Source: the human T2T-CHM13v2.0 reference genome, Homo sapiens
DNA length: 64,000 bases
NCBI RefSeq assembly: GCF_009914755.1
Contig: NC_060938.1
Reading direction: 5' to 3' (one strand)
This document shows positions 34,780 through 48,406 of the stretch, in pieces; position 1 is the stretch's first letter; each line of letters begins with the position of its first letter. A program made the translations under genes and the position numbers. The notes under the pieces were generated by a model. It made no database searches, had not been told where the DNA came from, and was given only the letters and a program-made list of their open reading frames with translations.

Positions 34780-35130
34780 GTAGTGTTAAATGTTCTGTCT
34801 GACTGTGTGGCTTCAGGTAGGTCTCTTAACTTTGTTAAGCTCCAGCTTCTTTAACTGAAATTGGGAGTTAAGAGTAGTGTGTATTCCACGGGGGGTTTTG
34901 AGGATTAAATGATTCTAGATGGTTAAGCAGTTAACTCAGTATCTGGCACATAGTTAAGTACCCAGTAAATATTAACTGTTATCAGCTTTTATCCTCACTA
35001 TGCTTGAAGAGAGGAGGCAGTGAGTGTAACTTTACCTACTTTAAAGTTACAGAAAATGAGGCACAGGGTAGTGGGTGACTTGTCCTAAGGCTAGATGTTG
35101 GGTTAGCAGCAGAAACGGGGCTGACGCCTA
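34780..35130. mobile_element. MIR fragments (opposite orientations)
   Basis: gaggattaaatga...ctggcacatagttaagtac; ttacagaaaatgaggcacag...gtgacttgtcctaagg. Confidence 0.65.
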
Positions 35131-36362
35131 CATGGTCTCCTTCATGTTTCAGTGCAGCCCTGTCAGAGTGGGTGGCAGCAAACCACGGAGGCTTCTCGGA
35201 TGTGCAGACAGGAAGCACTGGCCAGGACTGCGGATGTGAAGCTCAGCAGAACATGGCCGGTCTGGACAGAGGGGGTTAGCAAGGGTCAATGTGGGGCTGA
35301 GTGAGTGAGAGAAGCCAGCTTAGAACCACATCCTTTTTCCACCTTCCAGGGCAGATGGACCACATCCAGAGTGATCAAAAGGAGAGGCTTGTTTCCTCTC
35401 TCCGCCTCCTGGTCTTGTATGTGGCACACTCTTTACCACTCCCCTTGTGGGCTCAGTTCTCTGAACTCTGTCACATCCAGAAAATTCAGGTCTGGCCTTC
35501 TCTGTGAAACCATCTCTGCTGCTGGAGTCCTCACTGACAGCCACACCACCCGCGTCTGCTCATCCTCTCCCGCTTTCAACCTGGATGGCCTGTGTGAGGA
35601 TGGCTTTGCTTCTCTAAGGAAGGCCTCTCTCCCTATACCACTTTAGTGCTCCCCATGGTGTTCCACCTGCTCCCAGAACAATCTGCCTGTTTGTGGGACT
35701 GAATGGTTGAGTTGAAGCCAGTCTTGGTGGGAAATAGGTTTGGAGCTTCTCTGTGGGCTCCTCTTCTGTGTATTTGCATTTTGAGAGGGGGGAAAAAAAG
35801 CCCTGAGTGATTTCTGCCTAGTACGGTTTCCAGAGAATGCGAGATTCTCCTCCTCAAACTCAGTCCTGGGGCCAGAGCTGATTAAGCCCCCGGCTTCCCA
35901 CCTTCCCACCTTGGGTTTTTACAGTATACTTCTTATCCTTGCCCTTTCTGTTCTCTGCTTATCAGACCTTCCCACATGTGCCCTGCTCTCTTCCTGCTGC
36001 ACAGGGGTCATGAAATACTTACCAATTAGTGAAAAATACAGACAATGCAGTGTCAAATTTTACCAATCTCAGTTTGCACAGTGGACTGGAAGATGGCATG
36101 TGCCATCTTCTTGCAGGACTTGATTGTTTTTGTGTTTGCGTGTGTTTCAAATATTTCCTTTTCCAAATTTGCGTTTAATGGTGGCTGGCAAACCCCCATA
36201 GTTCACTTTTCATTTTTCGTTGTAGATATTCTTTGAATATCTCCTTGCTATGGGTATTGGGCTTACATTTAATAATTCCCCATCAGGATCTGAAAAGTAT
36301 GAGGGTGCCTACCTATGAAGCACCCATTTTTTTCATGCTTAATACCAACTAAGTCACCAGAC

Positions 36363-36658
36363 TTTTTTTTCGAGATAGGGTCTTGTTCTGTTGCCCAAAT
36401 TGGAGTGCAGTGGCTTGATCATAGCTCACTATAGCTTCGAACTCCTGGACTTAAGTGCTTATCTTCCCAGCTCAGCCTCCTAAGCAGCTCGGATTACAGG
36501 CACGCATCACTATACCTGGCTAATTAAAAAAAAAAACGTGTTTTTTTTTTGTCTTGCTGTGTTCCCCAGGTTGGTCTTGAAGCCCTGGCCTCAAGTGATC
36601 CTCCTGCTTTGGCCTCCCAAAGTGCTGGGATTACAGGCATGAGCCACTGCAACTGGCC
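36363..36658 (-). mobile_element. AluJ
   Basis: Reverse Alu with J diagnostics. Confidence 0.9.
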
Positions 36659-37142
36659 TGTCCCACTTCTTTAGAGGACTCTGCTCTGACTCCCACTAGC
36701 TTGGCAACAGGTGGATCCTAGAGGATGTTAAAGACCTCATGGAAGGGACCCTCTTAACTAATTGCAAAATAAGAATGTTCATTGGAAAAGAAACCCTCCC
36801 ACCACCATGGTGGAAGTCCCTCTAAAACACAAGTTGTTCAGGACTTTTATTATGTTGCTCTAGTATTTATCTGGTTTTTGAAGATAGTCTTGCTTAAATT
36901 AATTCTGATTTCAAGAGTGATGACTAAAAGTTTTGGAGGAGGTGTTTAGAAAAGGATGAAGCTCTGGGTTTATTTCAGGGCTAATCATGAATTTGCAGGA
37001 GCAGCTTCAGGACACCAGGGAGAGGCATGGCACACTGCCTTGGAGCTGTCCTTAGGATGCTGCTACCTTTTAGGGACATACTGTAGGCAGTCCTTGGTCT
37101 ATGTAAAGTTGTGCCTGGGCCTTATCAGAAATTAAACAGATG

Positions 37143-37437
37143 TTATTTATTTATTTATTTTTTCTTTTTGAGACAGAGTCTCACTCTGTTCCCCAGGCTG
37201 GAGTGCAGTGGCAGGATCTTGGCTCACCACAAGCTCCATGCCATTCTCCTGCCACAGCCTCCTGAGTAGCTGAGATTACAGGCGCCCACCACCACGCCTG
37301 GCTAATTTTTTGTATTTTTAGTAGAGATGGGGTTTCACCGTGTTAGCCAGGATGGTCTCGATCTCCTGACCTCATGATCCGCCTGCCTCGGCCTCCCAAA
37401 GTGCTGGGATTACAGGCGTGAGCCACCGTGCCCGGCC
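37143..37437 (-). mobile_element. AluY with short internal deletion
   Basis: caccgtgttagccaggatggtctcgatc; gcctcccgggttc missing near 37237. Confidence 0.9.
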
Positions 37438-37612
37438 CAGATGGTATTTCTAGTAAAAGTGGCAGATGTTCTTGCTGTCAGAATTAATTTTAATCTTTTT
37501 ACATGTAAATGTGGGATTATGGGACTCTTTTTGGGGGGTCTTAGTCTCATATGGAAGTGCTGCTCTTACTTTACAGAGATTTTATCTATCCCTTGCTCTT
37601 ACCCAAAGTGAC

Positions 37613-37905
37613 TTTTTTTTTTTTGAGATGGAGTCTCGCTCTGTCACCCAGTCTGGAGGGCAGTGGCGTGATCTTGACTCACTGCAGTCTTTGTCTCCTG
37701 GGTTCAAGCGATTCTTCTGCCTCAGCTCCTACGTAGCTGGGATTACAGGCACCTGCCACCACGCCCAGGTAATTTTTGGATTTTTAGTAGAGACGGGGTT
37801 TCACCATGTTGGCCAGGCTGGTCTGGAACTCCTGACCTCAGGTGATCCACCCACCTCTGCCTCCCAAAGTGCTGGGATTACAGACATGAGCCACTGCTCT
37901 CGGCC
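37613..37905 (-). mobile_element. AluS
   Basis: Full reverse Alu, TSD ccaaagtgact. Confidence 0.95.
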
Positions 37906-38392
37906 CCAAAGTGACTCTGAACTCTGTTTTCCCATCCCCTCTGATCACTTTCTCTCACCACGTGGGTCATTTGTGGTGGCAAAGTACAAAGTGACCAGCC
38001 TTCTCTCTCATAGAATTTGAAGGTTGCTGATGGGGCTATGTTACTAATGGGGCTGTGTGCTTGCTACAGAGATACTGCTGGTGATGAAAGTGTATGACAT
38101 TTCTGTTATTCCTTTGGGTTAAGACATCTGTATTTAGCAGGTATTATACCTAGAAGGAGTGTCTATATCAGAGTATCCCAGAAAAGAAAGAAGAAAAATC
38201 CCCTGGGGAGTGGGAAAAGGCAGAAAGTATTGAATGTGTGCCCTGTGCCAGGCAGTGTGCTCAGTGCTTTAACTCGGTAGGCTAATCTTCACTGGATAAA
38301 TCAGGAAACCAAGCTCTGAAACATTTCAGTACTGTTAATTACTGTATTGGAACTAGAACCAAGGTTGGAGTGATTCTAAAGCCTGTGGTGGG

Positions 38393-38675
38393 TTTTTTTT
38401 TTTTTTTTTTGAGACAGGGTATCACTCTGTTGTCCAGGCTGGAGTGCAGTGGGGCTATGTAGGCTCACTGCAGCCTCCGCCTCCCCACCTCAGCCCCCAA
38501 CCCCAGTAGCTGGGACTACAGGCACATACCACTACACCCAGCTAATTTTTGTATTTTTTGAAGAGATGGGGTTTTGCCATGTTACCCAGGCTGGTCTTGA
38601 ACTCCTGGGCTCAAGTGATCTGCCAGCCTTGGCCTCCCAAAGTGCTGGGATTACAAGCATGAGCCACTGAGCTCG
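38393..38675 (-). mobile_element. AluJ with internal deletion
   Basis: Reverse Alu motifs. Confidence 0.9.
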
Positions 38676-39739
38676 GTTCTGCCTATGGTTATTTTATGGC
38701 AGGTAAAGAATATGTGGATTCGAAAGTTGGGTGGGGGATGAGGTGGTGAGGGAGGCAGAGAACAAATGCCTGGAGAGAGGAGGGTAGGGCCAGGTGGGAG
38801 TTGCAGTGGAGGGGCACTTGGGAGTGAATGGTCCTGGTGAGGGTGTGGAAAGGAGGGGTTGGTTAGCAAAAACAAGCTGAAGTGGAAGAGAGGTTGGGGG
38901 TCCCTTGGAGGGGGTGTAATGTTGGATGATGGCATTTCTTCCCTGAGGGACGAGGGATGGACCAGAGGAGCCTGGAGGACCAGATAACCTCTGTATTTAG
39001 GTAGATGGCCGTTGGGCCCCCACAGGAAGCCTTTTAATCCCTGGTATTTATAGACTGGCCTGTACTCTACTGAAAGGCAGCTCCCATATCAGTCAGCAAA
39101 GGCAACATTATCTGCCTTTGAAACACCACCTCCGTGGATTACCATTTGGCCCAATGGGAGGGTCTGGATAATGCCCATTATATTATCCTAATTCCCTGCT
39201 ACCTCAGAGGTTGTTAAGGGGCACTTCTGCTGTTTCCCTCTGAGTGACCTCTGGCTGCCACTCTCTTGCAGATGCTCCTTTTCCTCTCAGGGATGAGTCG
39301 GAGCTGGGACTGGGAAAGGCAGCCCTCTTGTTTCTGTTCAAGTTGGCCAGGAATGCCCAGGAATGATGATTCTGTTTTGCCAGCTTCTTGCCGTGAGGCT
39401 GGGGTTGCTGTGTTTACAGCACAACCAACCCTAAAGTCAGTGCAATTCACTGTGGATTTATTGAGCACCTGCTAGTATGTGCGTGTGTTGGGGGTGGTAT
39501 ATGAAAATGATGGAGGCAGGTCTCTGCCTTAAATGAGGGAGGGTGGGCAAACAGCTCCCACGGTCGGCGGTTGAACCAGTTCCTATTCTTTCTCATAGGA
39601 AGTGTCCATAAACATTGTCTTGTCTCATTTGCATGGTTGTTGAGAGGTTTGAATGTAGTGGTAATGAATTGAGAGTGCTTCTAAAGGTATTAAGCTCTTG
39701 ATTTATGTAAAACTTTCTTCAGTATTACTAGGCAGGCTG

Positions 39740-39940
39740 ATAATAAAAGCTAACATATATTGAATGCTTTCTATTTGCCAGGCACTGCCCTAAGTGCTTT
39801 CTATATATTAGCTTATTTAATCTTTATAGCAACTTTGAAGTAGATTGCTTGTGTACCCACTTAAAAGAGGATTAAAAAAACTTGCCGAGGATGGCACAGC
39901 AGGTAAGTAGCAGAGCCAGGCAGTCTGAACGTTTGGCCAA
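39740..39940 (-). mobile_element. MIR
   Basis: gctaacatatattgaatgcttt...gccaggcactg...atttaatcttta. Confidence 0.75.
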
Positions 39941-41084
39941 ACACTGGCCACTGTAAAGATCTTGTGGAAGTCAGGGAGTAGAGGTGGTCTCTCTCCCCCA
40001 AGTGAAGGCAGCAGCCAGGACCTACCGTCAGAGACCAGCAAGGAGCAGAGAAAGGTCAGGCTGGTGCCTCAGAAAGCATCAGCATTTCTGCACAACTTAA
40101 TTAAATTACTGAAACCTTTTCTGAGCTTGGAGCCATCTTTCTTGGAGAGTAATACAATTGAAACAGATAATTTAAGCCAAGGAGGAAGGACAGAATTGGT
40201 GAGCTCACATATGTAGATGGACATGTAATGACGTCTGACTAAAACACAGAGGAAAAACCTTAAAGTGAATCATGTTTATTCAATTTCCAAACAAGTGCAA
40301 AGACCCAGGCAGCGTGCTTCATGTTTGGACTCTTGAAGAACACACATGGAAAAAAAAAAAGAAAAAAACCTCTTCCCCTCTCAACCCTTTTCTAAGTTTT
40401 TATTAAGAATATATTAATTTGAGCATTAATATGCAATGTATCCATCTTTGTCAGTTATTTTCCAGAAAAATCTAGCTCATTTTTTGAGGCAACTTCTAGC
40501 CAAGTTGTTTCAGTTGTGGAGAATTGGGGTCAAGCGTACATGCTGATCATGGAAAAAGCAATCTTAAATGCACGCCTGTAAAGAGGACTCTGAGAGTTCA
40601 TGTTTCTGAATTCTTGTTTTACTCCACTCCATTCTGTCAACAGCTTTCTTAACATGAGGTGCCTGTGACTTAAAGTGATTATCTGTTTCCTTAGCAATTC
40701 AGGGGACTTAACCATCATCTAGTGACCTGTGTCCCCAAAGCTTGCTGTGGCTTCAGAGGTCTCCTGGAATGCCCCAAGGCAGTGTCACTCAAAGTATGCT
40801 TTAGCATCACCTGGGCCACCTTAGACTTTCAAAATCAGCCCTCACATGTGCATGTTCAGCTGGCTTTCTGCTGCTTCTCAAGCCAAGTCCAAGTCCCACC
40901 CCACCTCAAGGGGGTGCATAGCTGCAAGCAGCAGGGGAACAATCTTCAGACCTTCCCATCTCTTTTTATAATGATGCCTCCTAGTCCATAGTATATCTAG
41001 GATAATTTTAACATTTAAAATGAATTATGTTATATAAAATGGAATAAATTTCAACTCTACCAAGATTGCATGCTTTTGGGTCAG

Positions 41085-41310
41085 ACTGTTTAGTTTGATA
41101 TCTTGGTCTCATCACTTTCTATCTGTGTAAGCTTGGATAGGTTATTTAGCCCTTCTGCTTCTGTTTTTTGTTTTGTTTTGTTTTGCCTAAAACGGATATA
41201 ACAGTACCTACCTTTTAAGGTTGTTGCAAGGATTAAATAAGATATTAGATGTAAAATGCTTACATCTGTGCGCAGTGACTAAGCACTCAAATGCCAGTTA
41301 ATAATAATAA
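41085..41310 (+). mobile_element. MIR
   Basis: ataacagtacctacct...ggttgttgcaaggattaaataagat...gtaaaatgctta. Confidence 0.75.
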
Positions 41311-44300
41311 TTCTGTGATTATCCTGAGGTTTCATGTTTCTGGAGTAGGATTATGACCACAACATTTACAGAATGAAGTCCTGCAGGATGACAAAACATC
41401 CCTGTCCCCATTGACACAGCCCCAAGTCACGGGCTTGCAAAAGAATGTTTGCCATCCCTAGGAAGCCTAACACAGGGCGCTGGGAAATGCTTGCAAAAGC
41501 AGATATTCTCAGGTCACATCCTTTTAGTTTTCTGAGGCCCCTGTGTTTAAAGGTACAGCATGACTGTTCTAGGGTGGTCAGAATCTGTCACAGGTGGGAG
41601 GGAAGTACTTGTTTAGAATATGGCAGAGAATCCACCAAGGTGTTAATACCAACAACAGTTTCTTCTTCATTCTGGGCTTTTTCCTCCCCTTATGCTTGTT
41701 TAATGGTTGGGAAAGAGGGCTAAATTGTACTTTTCCTTTGTAAAGGTGCACATCTCAAATTTGTTTCCCCTAGTAGCTTGTTTTTTAAAAAGTTTTAAGA
41801 CATGACAAATTATACTTCTTTTTGGAAGAAAGATTAGGAAATACAGGTTAATGGCAACCCTTCCAGAGAGCACCACTGTTCACCCTGCTATTGCCCTGCT
41901 GCTTCTCTCCCTGGTCTAGGATGTCAGGGACGGCAGAGTGGCCAGGTGGAGGGGTCAGGCTTCAGAGGGAGGAGCTGCATTTCTGGGAGCCAGGCTGGCC
42001 CTCCTGTTGCTCTCAGGGCTGACACTTCTCTGTCTCATCCCTCCTCCCTCAGTAAATGCAGCTGGGGAGGATTGCCTAGAAGGGGAAAACTCATCGTGTA
42101 AGGAGAACACTTCCCTCGTGGCTTTTAAAATGTAATGCTTCCTTCCCCTTTTCTCTTCTTCCCAGAGTAAGAGCTGCCAGTAAAACTTCAGTGCAGGACT
42201 GTTGAGACGTATTTGTCATGATGTGATGGACAAAAGAATTGTCAGCTCCTCCTTTCTGTATCATCTCATTGATCCCCCTTTACCCCCTTGCAAATGAGAA
42301 TTACAGGAAATCACAACTAGCATTAAAAAAAAAAAAACAAAACACTGGGCAGATGGGAAGGATGAAATGTGTAACCCCCGTTCCCAGAAACAGGCAGAAT
42401 GGCTGAGATGACTGACCCTAGCATTTGGTGTTCACTGAGCCAAAGCATTGCCTGAAGATAATGACACCGTCTGGAAATCAAAACCTGAGTCTTCCTGCTC
42501 TCATCCAAAACTCCCCTCTTTTGAGCTTCTCCAATCTAGTCAGTGACCCGCCCTCCCAGTTCTTTCTTTCACAGGTTCCTATCTCCACCACCCTAACCAG
42601 ACCTTGTCATCCGCTGGCCTTCCAGGCTGTTTCAATCTCTCTTGCCAGGTTCACCCTGCTAGAACACGGTTCTCCTCTCCGGTGAGACTAGGTAAGAGAA
42701 AAAAGCCCTATGTGTATGAGGTAGCATTCCTATCCCTTCCTATGGTAGAGGTGTTCCTTCAGGATATTCTTGGTCCTCAAATATAGGAGGCCTTTAGGAA
42801 ATGATTGTTGAACTGGATTAGGTCAGGTTTCCTGCTCAAGAATATTTGTTGACTTCCCACTACTTACTGATCCAAGGCAGAATTTCTCTGCCTGTTTTTC
42901 ATGGCTGTGCAAACTGGCCTTACCTTAAATATTCAGTTGAATACTCAATACTTTGTGGAATAGCCAGAGTCTGCTATGTGACAGATGCTAAGAAAACCAG
43001 CAAGAACTGTCCCTTGCCCTGACAGATTTCAGAATGGAGTTTATTTTCTGTTCTTCCCTGATCCTTGGCCTCTCTTCCCGACCTTACCCTGCCACCCCCT
43101 ATCTAGCATGTTTGCTTCGGCATTCCTGCCCCAGAAGGAATGTTCCCTCTTTACACCCTCATACTTATTCAGCCCTCAAAGCTCTCAGGTCAGATCTCCT
43201 TTCTTTCCTTTTTAAGGCGCTCTTTGATTATCTTGGTTCAGATTAATTTCTTTTTTTCCTATTTTTTCATTATTTTGTTCATAACTCACAAATAGCTGCA
43301 GCTTATTCTTCCTTATATTCTAATCATTCATATCTCACTGGTTAGCATTTTATTGCACCCATGTAGAATACTGAAATAGACATGATTGCCTTATTGTGTG
43401 TTTTGATTGTTTGCTGTTTGGGTTTGCAGCCTCCTCAACTCCACTGAAATTCTTGGTAGGCTGGGGATTGTGCCTTCTTTGCATTTTAAAGCTGTATATA
43501 GAAGATTGTCAGGAAATGATGATACATGGAATAAACAAATGTGAACCATTGGAGGTGAAAGGCGACCTGATAGTACTTTGGGAGTGCAGTTCCCAGTAGG
43601 ATTTTGGGTGGCCTGGAGCACAGCAGCAGCTGGAGGCTGGGGACCATCCAGTTTTAGGACTCTGGTGACCAAGACCTGAGAGAAAGTGGAAAGGTCAGGA
43701 AGGGTCAGACTTGTCTCCCAAGAGTTTGTATTATCATGGGATTCTCTTGAAACTCTGGTTCATGTGGAAAATGTGCTTATCCTAGAAGTTGACTAGGGTT
43801 CTTGGGGAATGATGGTGAGGCCAGATGCCTCTGTTTGATCCAGGTTCTCTGCATGGTGAATCACCCCAGAAGGAGGGTGTGAAAGGTGCCTGGCCACAGG
43901 GAAGCTTATAGCTTCAGGGAATGAACTCTTAGGAGCAATGGTAAGCAGACCTGTCAGATTGAGGATTTGATTTATTTGTATTATTGGCACTTGTATTGAT
44001 TTTTCTGGGGAGTTTGGGGATTTGAATGTATTTTGCAAATACAAACATTTTCTTTGTCATGTCACTGATGTGGTTTATAGGCTTATGTTGCATTTTTTCT
44101 TTGAATAGTAGAATCTTGCATGAAATTAAAAGCAGTATCCTCCACTTCTGACTTGGTAGGGCTTTAAGCATCATGCTAACTTTTCCCCTCCATCTCCCTT
44201 TCATTTCTTAGATCCACCTAGGACTGTGAAATAGGTTGGTAACATCTGTGGGCTAGGACGGTTTCAGCCAGCTAAATTCCCTGTTACACAGTTTAGATTT

Positions 44301-44724
44301 ATGAGGCACATCTAAATTTACTGGAATTCTAGGTAGGAAGTGTGGTTGCAAAGGCAAAACTCTTTGTGATTGTAGCTTGTATGAAAATAGAAGCAGCTTG
44401 AATTTTTTTCTCACAAACTTTATCCAAAACATGTCTTTACATCTTTTATTTTTGGTAAATGGATTTTGGGGTGGCATCCCCACTACTGTTGGGATGAAGG
44501 GATATAACAAGCTAGAGGGTGATTTCACAGAATCCTGAGCCTTTGAAAAATGCTGTTGCTTTTGAAAAGTAATAAATATAGAAGCCAGGCCACCTTTTTC
44601 AGATTTATACCCTCTTCCCATTCTATTCTCAGCTAGTAAATACTATGGCCTCAGTTTGCCTAAAAAGATAATGGCTTAAGTTTATTTAAATGTCAGCAGT
44701 AGTTTGGTAATGAATTAAGTCCTT

Positions 44725-44773
44725 TGATGATGATGATGACGACGATGAAGATGATGATAATGTTGATGATGAT
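44725..44773. repeat. (GAT)n imperfect trinucleotide repeat
   Basis: Read directly from sequence. Confidence 0.9.
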
Positions 44774-45267
44774 GGAGGACACTCAGTAGCAGTGGACTGA
44801 GTTGTGGACTAGTTCTTTCTAAGGCTCCCAGGAAGAAAATTGCTAACTCACTTAATATGTGAAGGCCTTAGTGTCAGGTAGAGGAGGAAGCAGCTGTGGA
44901 GTGTAAAGAAATCATCTGCCCAAAGGTACACTTTAGAGAAAGACTTTGGATGAAGTTGTGTGTTTTCTTTTTGGAATAGGGTGTATTGCTTCTTTTGAGA
45001 AGGCCTTTTACAATAGTACAATAGTTCCTCTGGAACTCATAGCAGGATTCTTTTTCCACCCTCTTCTATATTTACAGCTGCTTTTCCCCTAGGGGAGCAT
45101 TCATCTGTTTTAAAAAGCAGGGAGAGAAAACAAGTTCTCTCAAACAGTGAGGTTTGGAAATTAGAACTGTACTTACTTGCCTTTCAGGAGGACATATTCT
45201 AAAGAGTTGTTTTTTGGGTGGAAGAGAAGGAAGTCATCTCCTCTGCCCCCACTCCACCCAAGGCACA

Positions 45268-45268
<1 letters not shown>

Positions 45269-45308
<40 letters not shown>
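45269..45308. repeat. (CA)n microsatellite, about 20 units
   Basis: Read directly from sequence. Confidence 0.97.
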
Positions 45309-45309
<1 letters not shown>

Positions 45310-46779
45310 TTTCACCTCCACCCAGAGGTTCCTTGTGGCAGATGTGAAGGAGTTTAGAACACAGGGTTCCCATTATAACCCCTTTGTTGTACGAGACCAA
45401 ACATGGCTTTTCAGCCCTAGAGTAAATCTTTTTCTGGCAGGCCACTTTCTTGGCCTTTATATCCATGTCTAGGGCCCTGGGCTGGCATTGGCCCTGAAGG
45501 CCAGGGCCAGCCTTTGGGGATTGCACTTGAGCATGTGGTCAGGGACAGCATCTGAGGGCATTTTGGACAGGAAAGATTTCTGATTATTAGGCTGTTTTCA
45601 TCACACCTATGCTTCAGGGTCATAGAACTGAGGATTGCCAGGGACTGAGATGAATTTAGTAAGTTGGTTTAACCCCAGTGCCTCTTATTCTCTTTCTGCA
45701 CAGTTTTTAGTCAGCTAGTGGGTGTGGACATGCATCTTTGTTTTACTATGAGAAGAGGAGGAATTGTGCCTTAGCAGTTGAATAACTGTGCCTTCTATTT
45801 AGATTCTGTAGAGGGTTACACTCAAAGCTAATGAGTGCTTTCTTCCACTCTGCACACACTCTTGCTGCCTGGAGTGGGCGGCAGGCTATAGAACCACAAT
45901 AGAGCAAGTACTGTTGCTGTTGAAGGCATAGACGGAGGTGACAGTAAGGGCAGCTAGGCCCTGAAATTCCAGTGGCTCAGACCCCTGGCTGATGGCTTAC
46001 CTCCTGAGGTGAGACCAAGAGGAAGGCCTTCAGCTTCCCTGAAATGAGTGCTTCTCACAGTTAAGGTAGTGTGACCAGCCAGGGGTAGGGACTGGCTTCC
46101 TGAGGAAGAGGGTGGGAGAGCCTTAATTAAGCCTGCCTGGTTTGGCAGTACCTCAGACTCGCCTCCTCTTTCTGTGTTGGCTGATAATTTCCTTCAGCTC
46201 TTAGAACAACTCTTCATTTCCTGGGGGAACCCATTGTTGCCAATATACACTCACAGAGCCTATCTCCGGTACTGCCATGTGTGCTTTCTGCCTCCTTTCC
46301 AGAAGAGGCAGGTAGCCAGTCTTTTTTTCTCATGAGCTGTTCCTACCTTGTTGGAGTTCCTGGAGGCTAGTGCTGCTGGACCTCCAGTCTGGCAGAGGCC
46401 TGGACGAGAGCTATTCCTTGGGTTCTCAGAACAGACCTAGCCTAGTGGAGAACAGTTCTGGGCCTGGCTCTGTGTCCAGAAGGGCTCAGTCAGTGGTCAG
46501 ATTCTGATTGGGAGATATATGAGGAAACTTTGTTTGGTGAGAGTTAGGAGAATGGGGTTCTGGTTCAGCCATTCTCTCAAGAAGTCATGATCATTTGATA
46601 GGCCTCAGTTTTCCTCTCCTAAAATGGGTAGATTGGATTTTATAAGATGATCCCAAAGTTCCTTAAGGCAGTAATGTGTTAGGATTCCGTGACAAACCCG
46701 GGAGTCTGCCCCTGGTCTAGGTGACCAAAGTTAGCAAAGGCTGGGACAGCACAGATTGCAGTTCCCAGGTCTCTTTTGC

Positions 46780-47112
46780 CTCCCAGCTTTTTGATGTGTT
46801 TCTTCTCCTTGGAATGCCCCACCACTCCCTGTACCCACCTCTTTCTGCTCTGTCTGGCTAATACCTTCTAAAGCCAGGTATCAGCTTAGACTGCCGCTTG
46901 CCCCATACTTGTGTGGGTGCCTCTCCTTGGTGCTGGCATTACACCCTGTGCTCAGTACTTACCGCACCATATTACCGTCTGTTTCCTTGTTCTTCCTGAC
47001 CTTACCTGAGCTTCTTGAGGGCAGAGACTGTCTGCTATCACCACTGTATCCCTCATTGCTGGTGCAGCGCCTGGGATGTGGTATATACACAGCAAATGTT
47101 GAAGGAATGAAT
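46780..47112 (-). mobile_element. L2 3' end fragment
   Basis: gagcttcttgagggcagagactgtct...cactgtatccc...gcagcgcctgg...aaatgttgaaggaatgaatg. Confidence 0.75.
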
Positions 47113-48086
47113 GTCCCCCCCTAACCAGGGTCAGCATACCCCAGTGCGCTCTGGGAACTGTTCTCTGACCCTCTCCACCCTTACCCTGCCTAAGGCTCTC
47201 TCTTTCTGAGCTGTGTGTGGGTGCTGGAGAGCCTTGGATAATGCTGAGTTGTTTTTGAAGTGTGTCTCATTGTGGCAAAGCATTGGGTGATGTTGCCATC
47301 CCCACCCCCAGGACACTCTTGCAAGAATTGCTTCCACCAGGGATGGGCATTGACTTTGACCTGGTCCTCCTCATCTCCAGCCCTGGAGGAGGGGCAGGCA
47401 AGCACGTGCAGATTGCTGTCCTCTGACCAGCTGCCCAGGGCTGGGCCATCTGCTGCTTGTGACAGCGGGTGGGGTGAGAGGGGTGAGTGACCTGTGCAGG
47501 GGAGGGAGTGTGGGGCAGCAGCATAGTCACTTCAGTGCACTGACTGCATGACAGAGTCCAGCCCCCCTTCTCCCCACGTTCTATCTTCTTTTCCAGTGCT
47601 CAGTTATGCTATGCTTCATCCAGGTCTTGGTTTTGTTCCAGCTGCTGCCCCCCACCACTCTGCTAGGAGAACTCTTGCTGTGTTTTTGTTAACTCTGTGT
47701 GTGTGCTTTGCCCTTTTGCCTATGCCTCCAAGAATCTTTATGTTACATAAGACAGCAGCAGCAAAAAACAGAAACAAAAACAAAAAATGTTAGAAATGAA
47801 ACTTTGGACCCTTGTTATTCTCTGTTCAGATGCAAATGATGAATCTCTTTCCATCAGAGTTTATACCTTTCTGTTTACCACCCCGTTTTCTGTCCCTCCT
47901 CCTGGAGAGCCTTTGAATGGCAGGGATGGGCTGAATCACTCACTTGGAAGGACTGTAATTTAGCTTGTGCTTCAAACCTTGCCTCTTTCTGGCCTTGTAA
48001 GGACCTAAGAAAGACGCAAAAAGGAAGTAATCTACCCCCATCACTCTTGGTGTGAGTTTGAAGGTTCTGAACTGGGGTGGGGTGGG

Positions 48087-48087
<1 letters not shown>

Positions 48088-48129
<42 letters not shown>

Positions 48130-48140
48130 TGTGTGTGTGT
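48088..48140. repeat. (TG)n microsatellite
   Basis: Read directly from sequence. Confidence 0.97.
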
Positions 48141-48237
48141 GGGATTGAAGGATGAGGGTTGTGGACAGTCTTAAAAGCCACCTTTACCAAATGAAGAGGT
48201 GACAAAGCAGGGACTGGAAGGGCAGCATACCCTAACC

Positions 48238-48406
48238 AGGACTTCCCCAAACTTTAACATGCATATGAATCACCTGGGGAACCTTACTAAAATGCAGATT
48301 CTGATTCAGTAGATCTGGGATGAAGGCTGAAATTCTTCATTTCTAACAAGCTCCCAGGTGCTGCCAGTGCTGCTGTTAATGGACCATACTTTGAATAGTA
48401 AGGCTG
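48238..48406. mobile_element. MER5A/B
   Basis: gaatcacctgggga...aaaatgcagattctgattcagtag...catttctaacaagctcccaggtg. Confidence 0.85.

Noticed and set aside
44725-44773. GAT repeat that could encode a poly-Asp tract of a processed pseudogene
   Set aside because: No flanking ORF, poly-A or TSD; a simple microsatellite.
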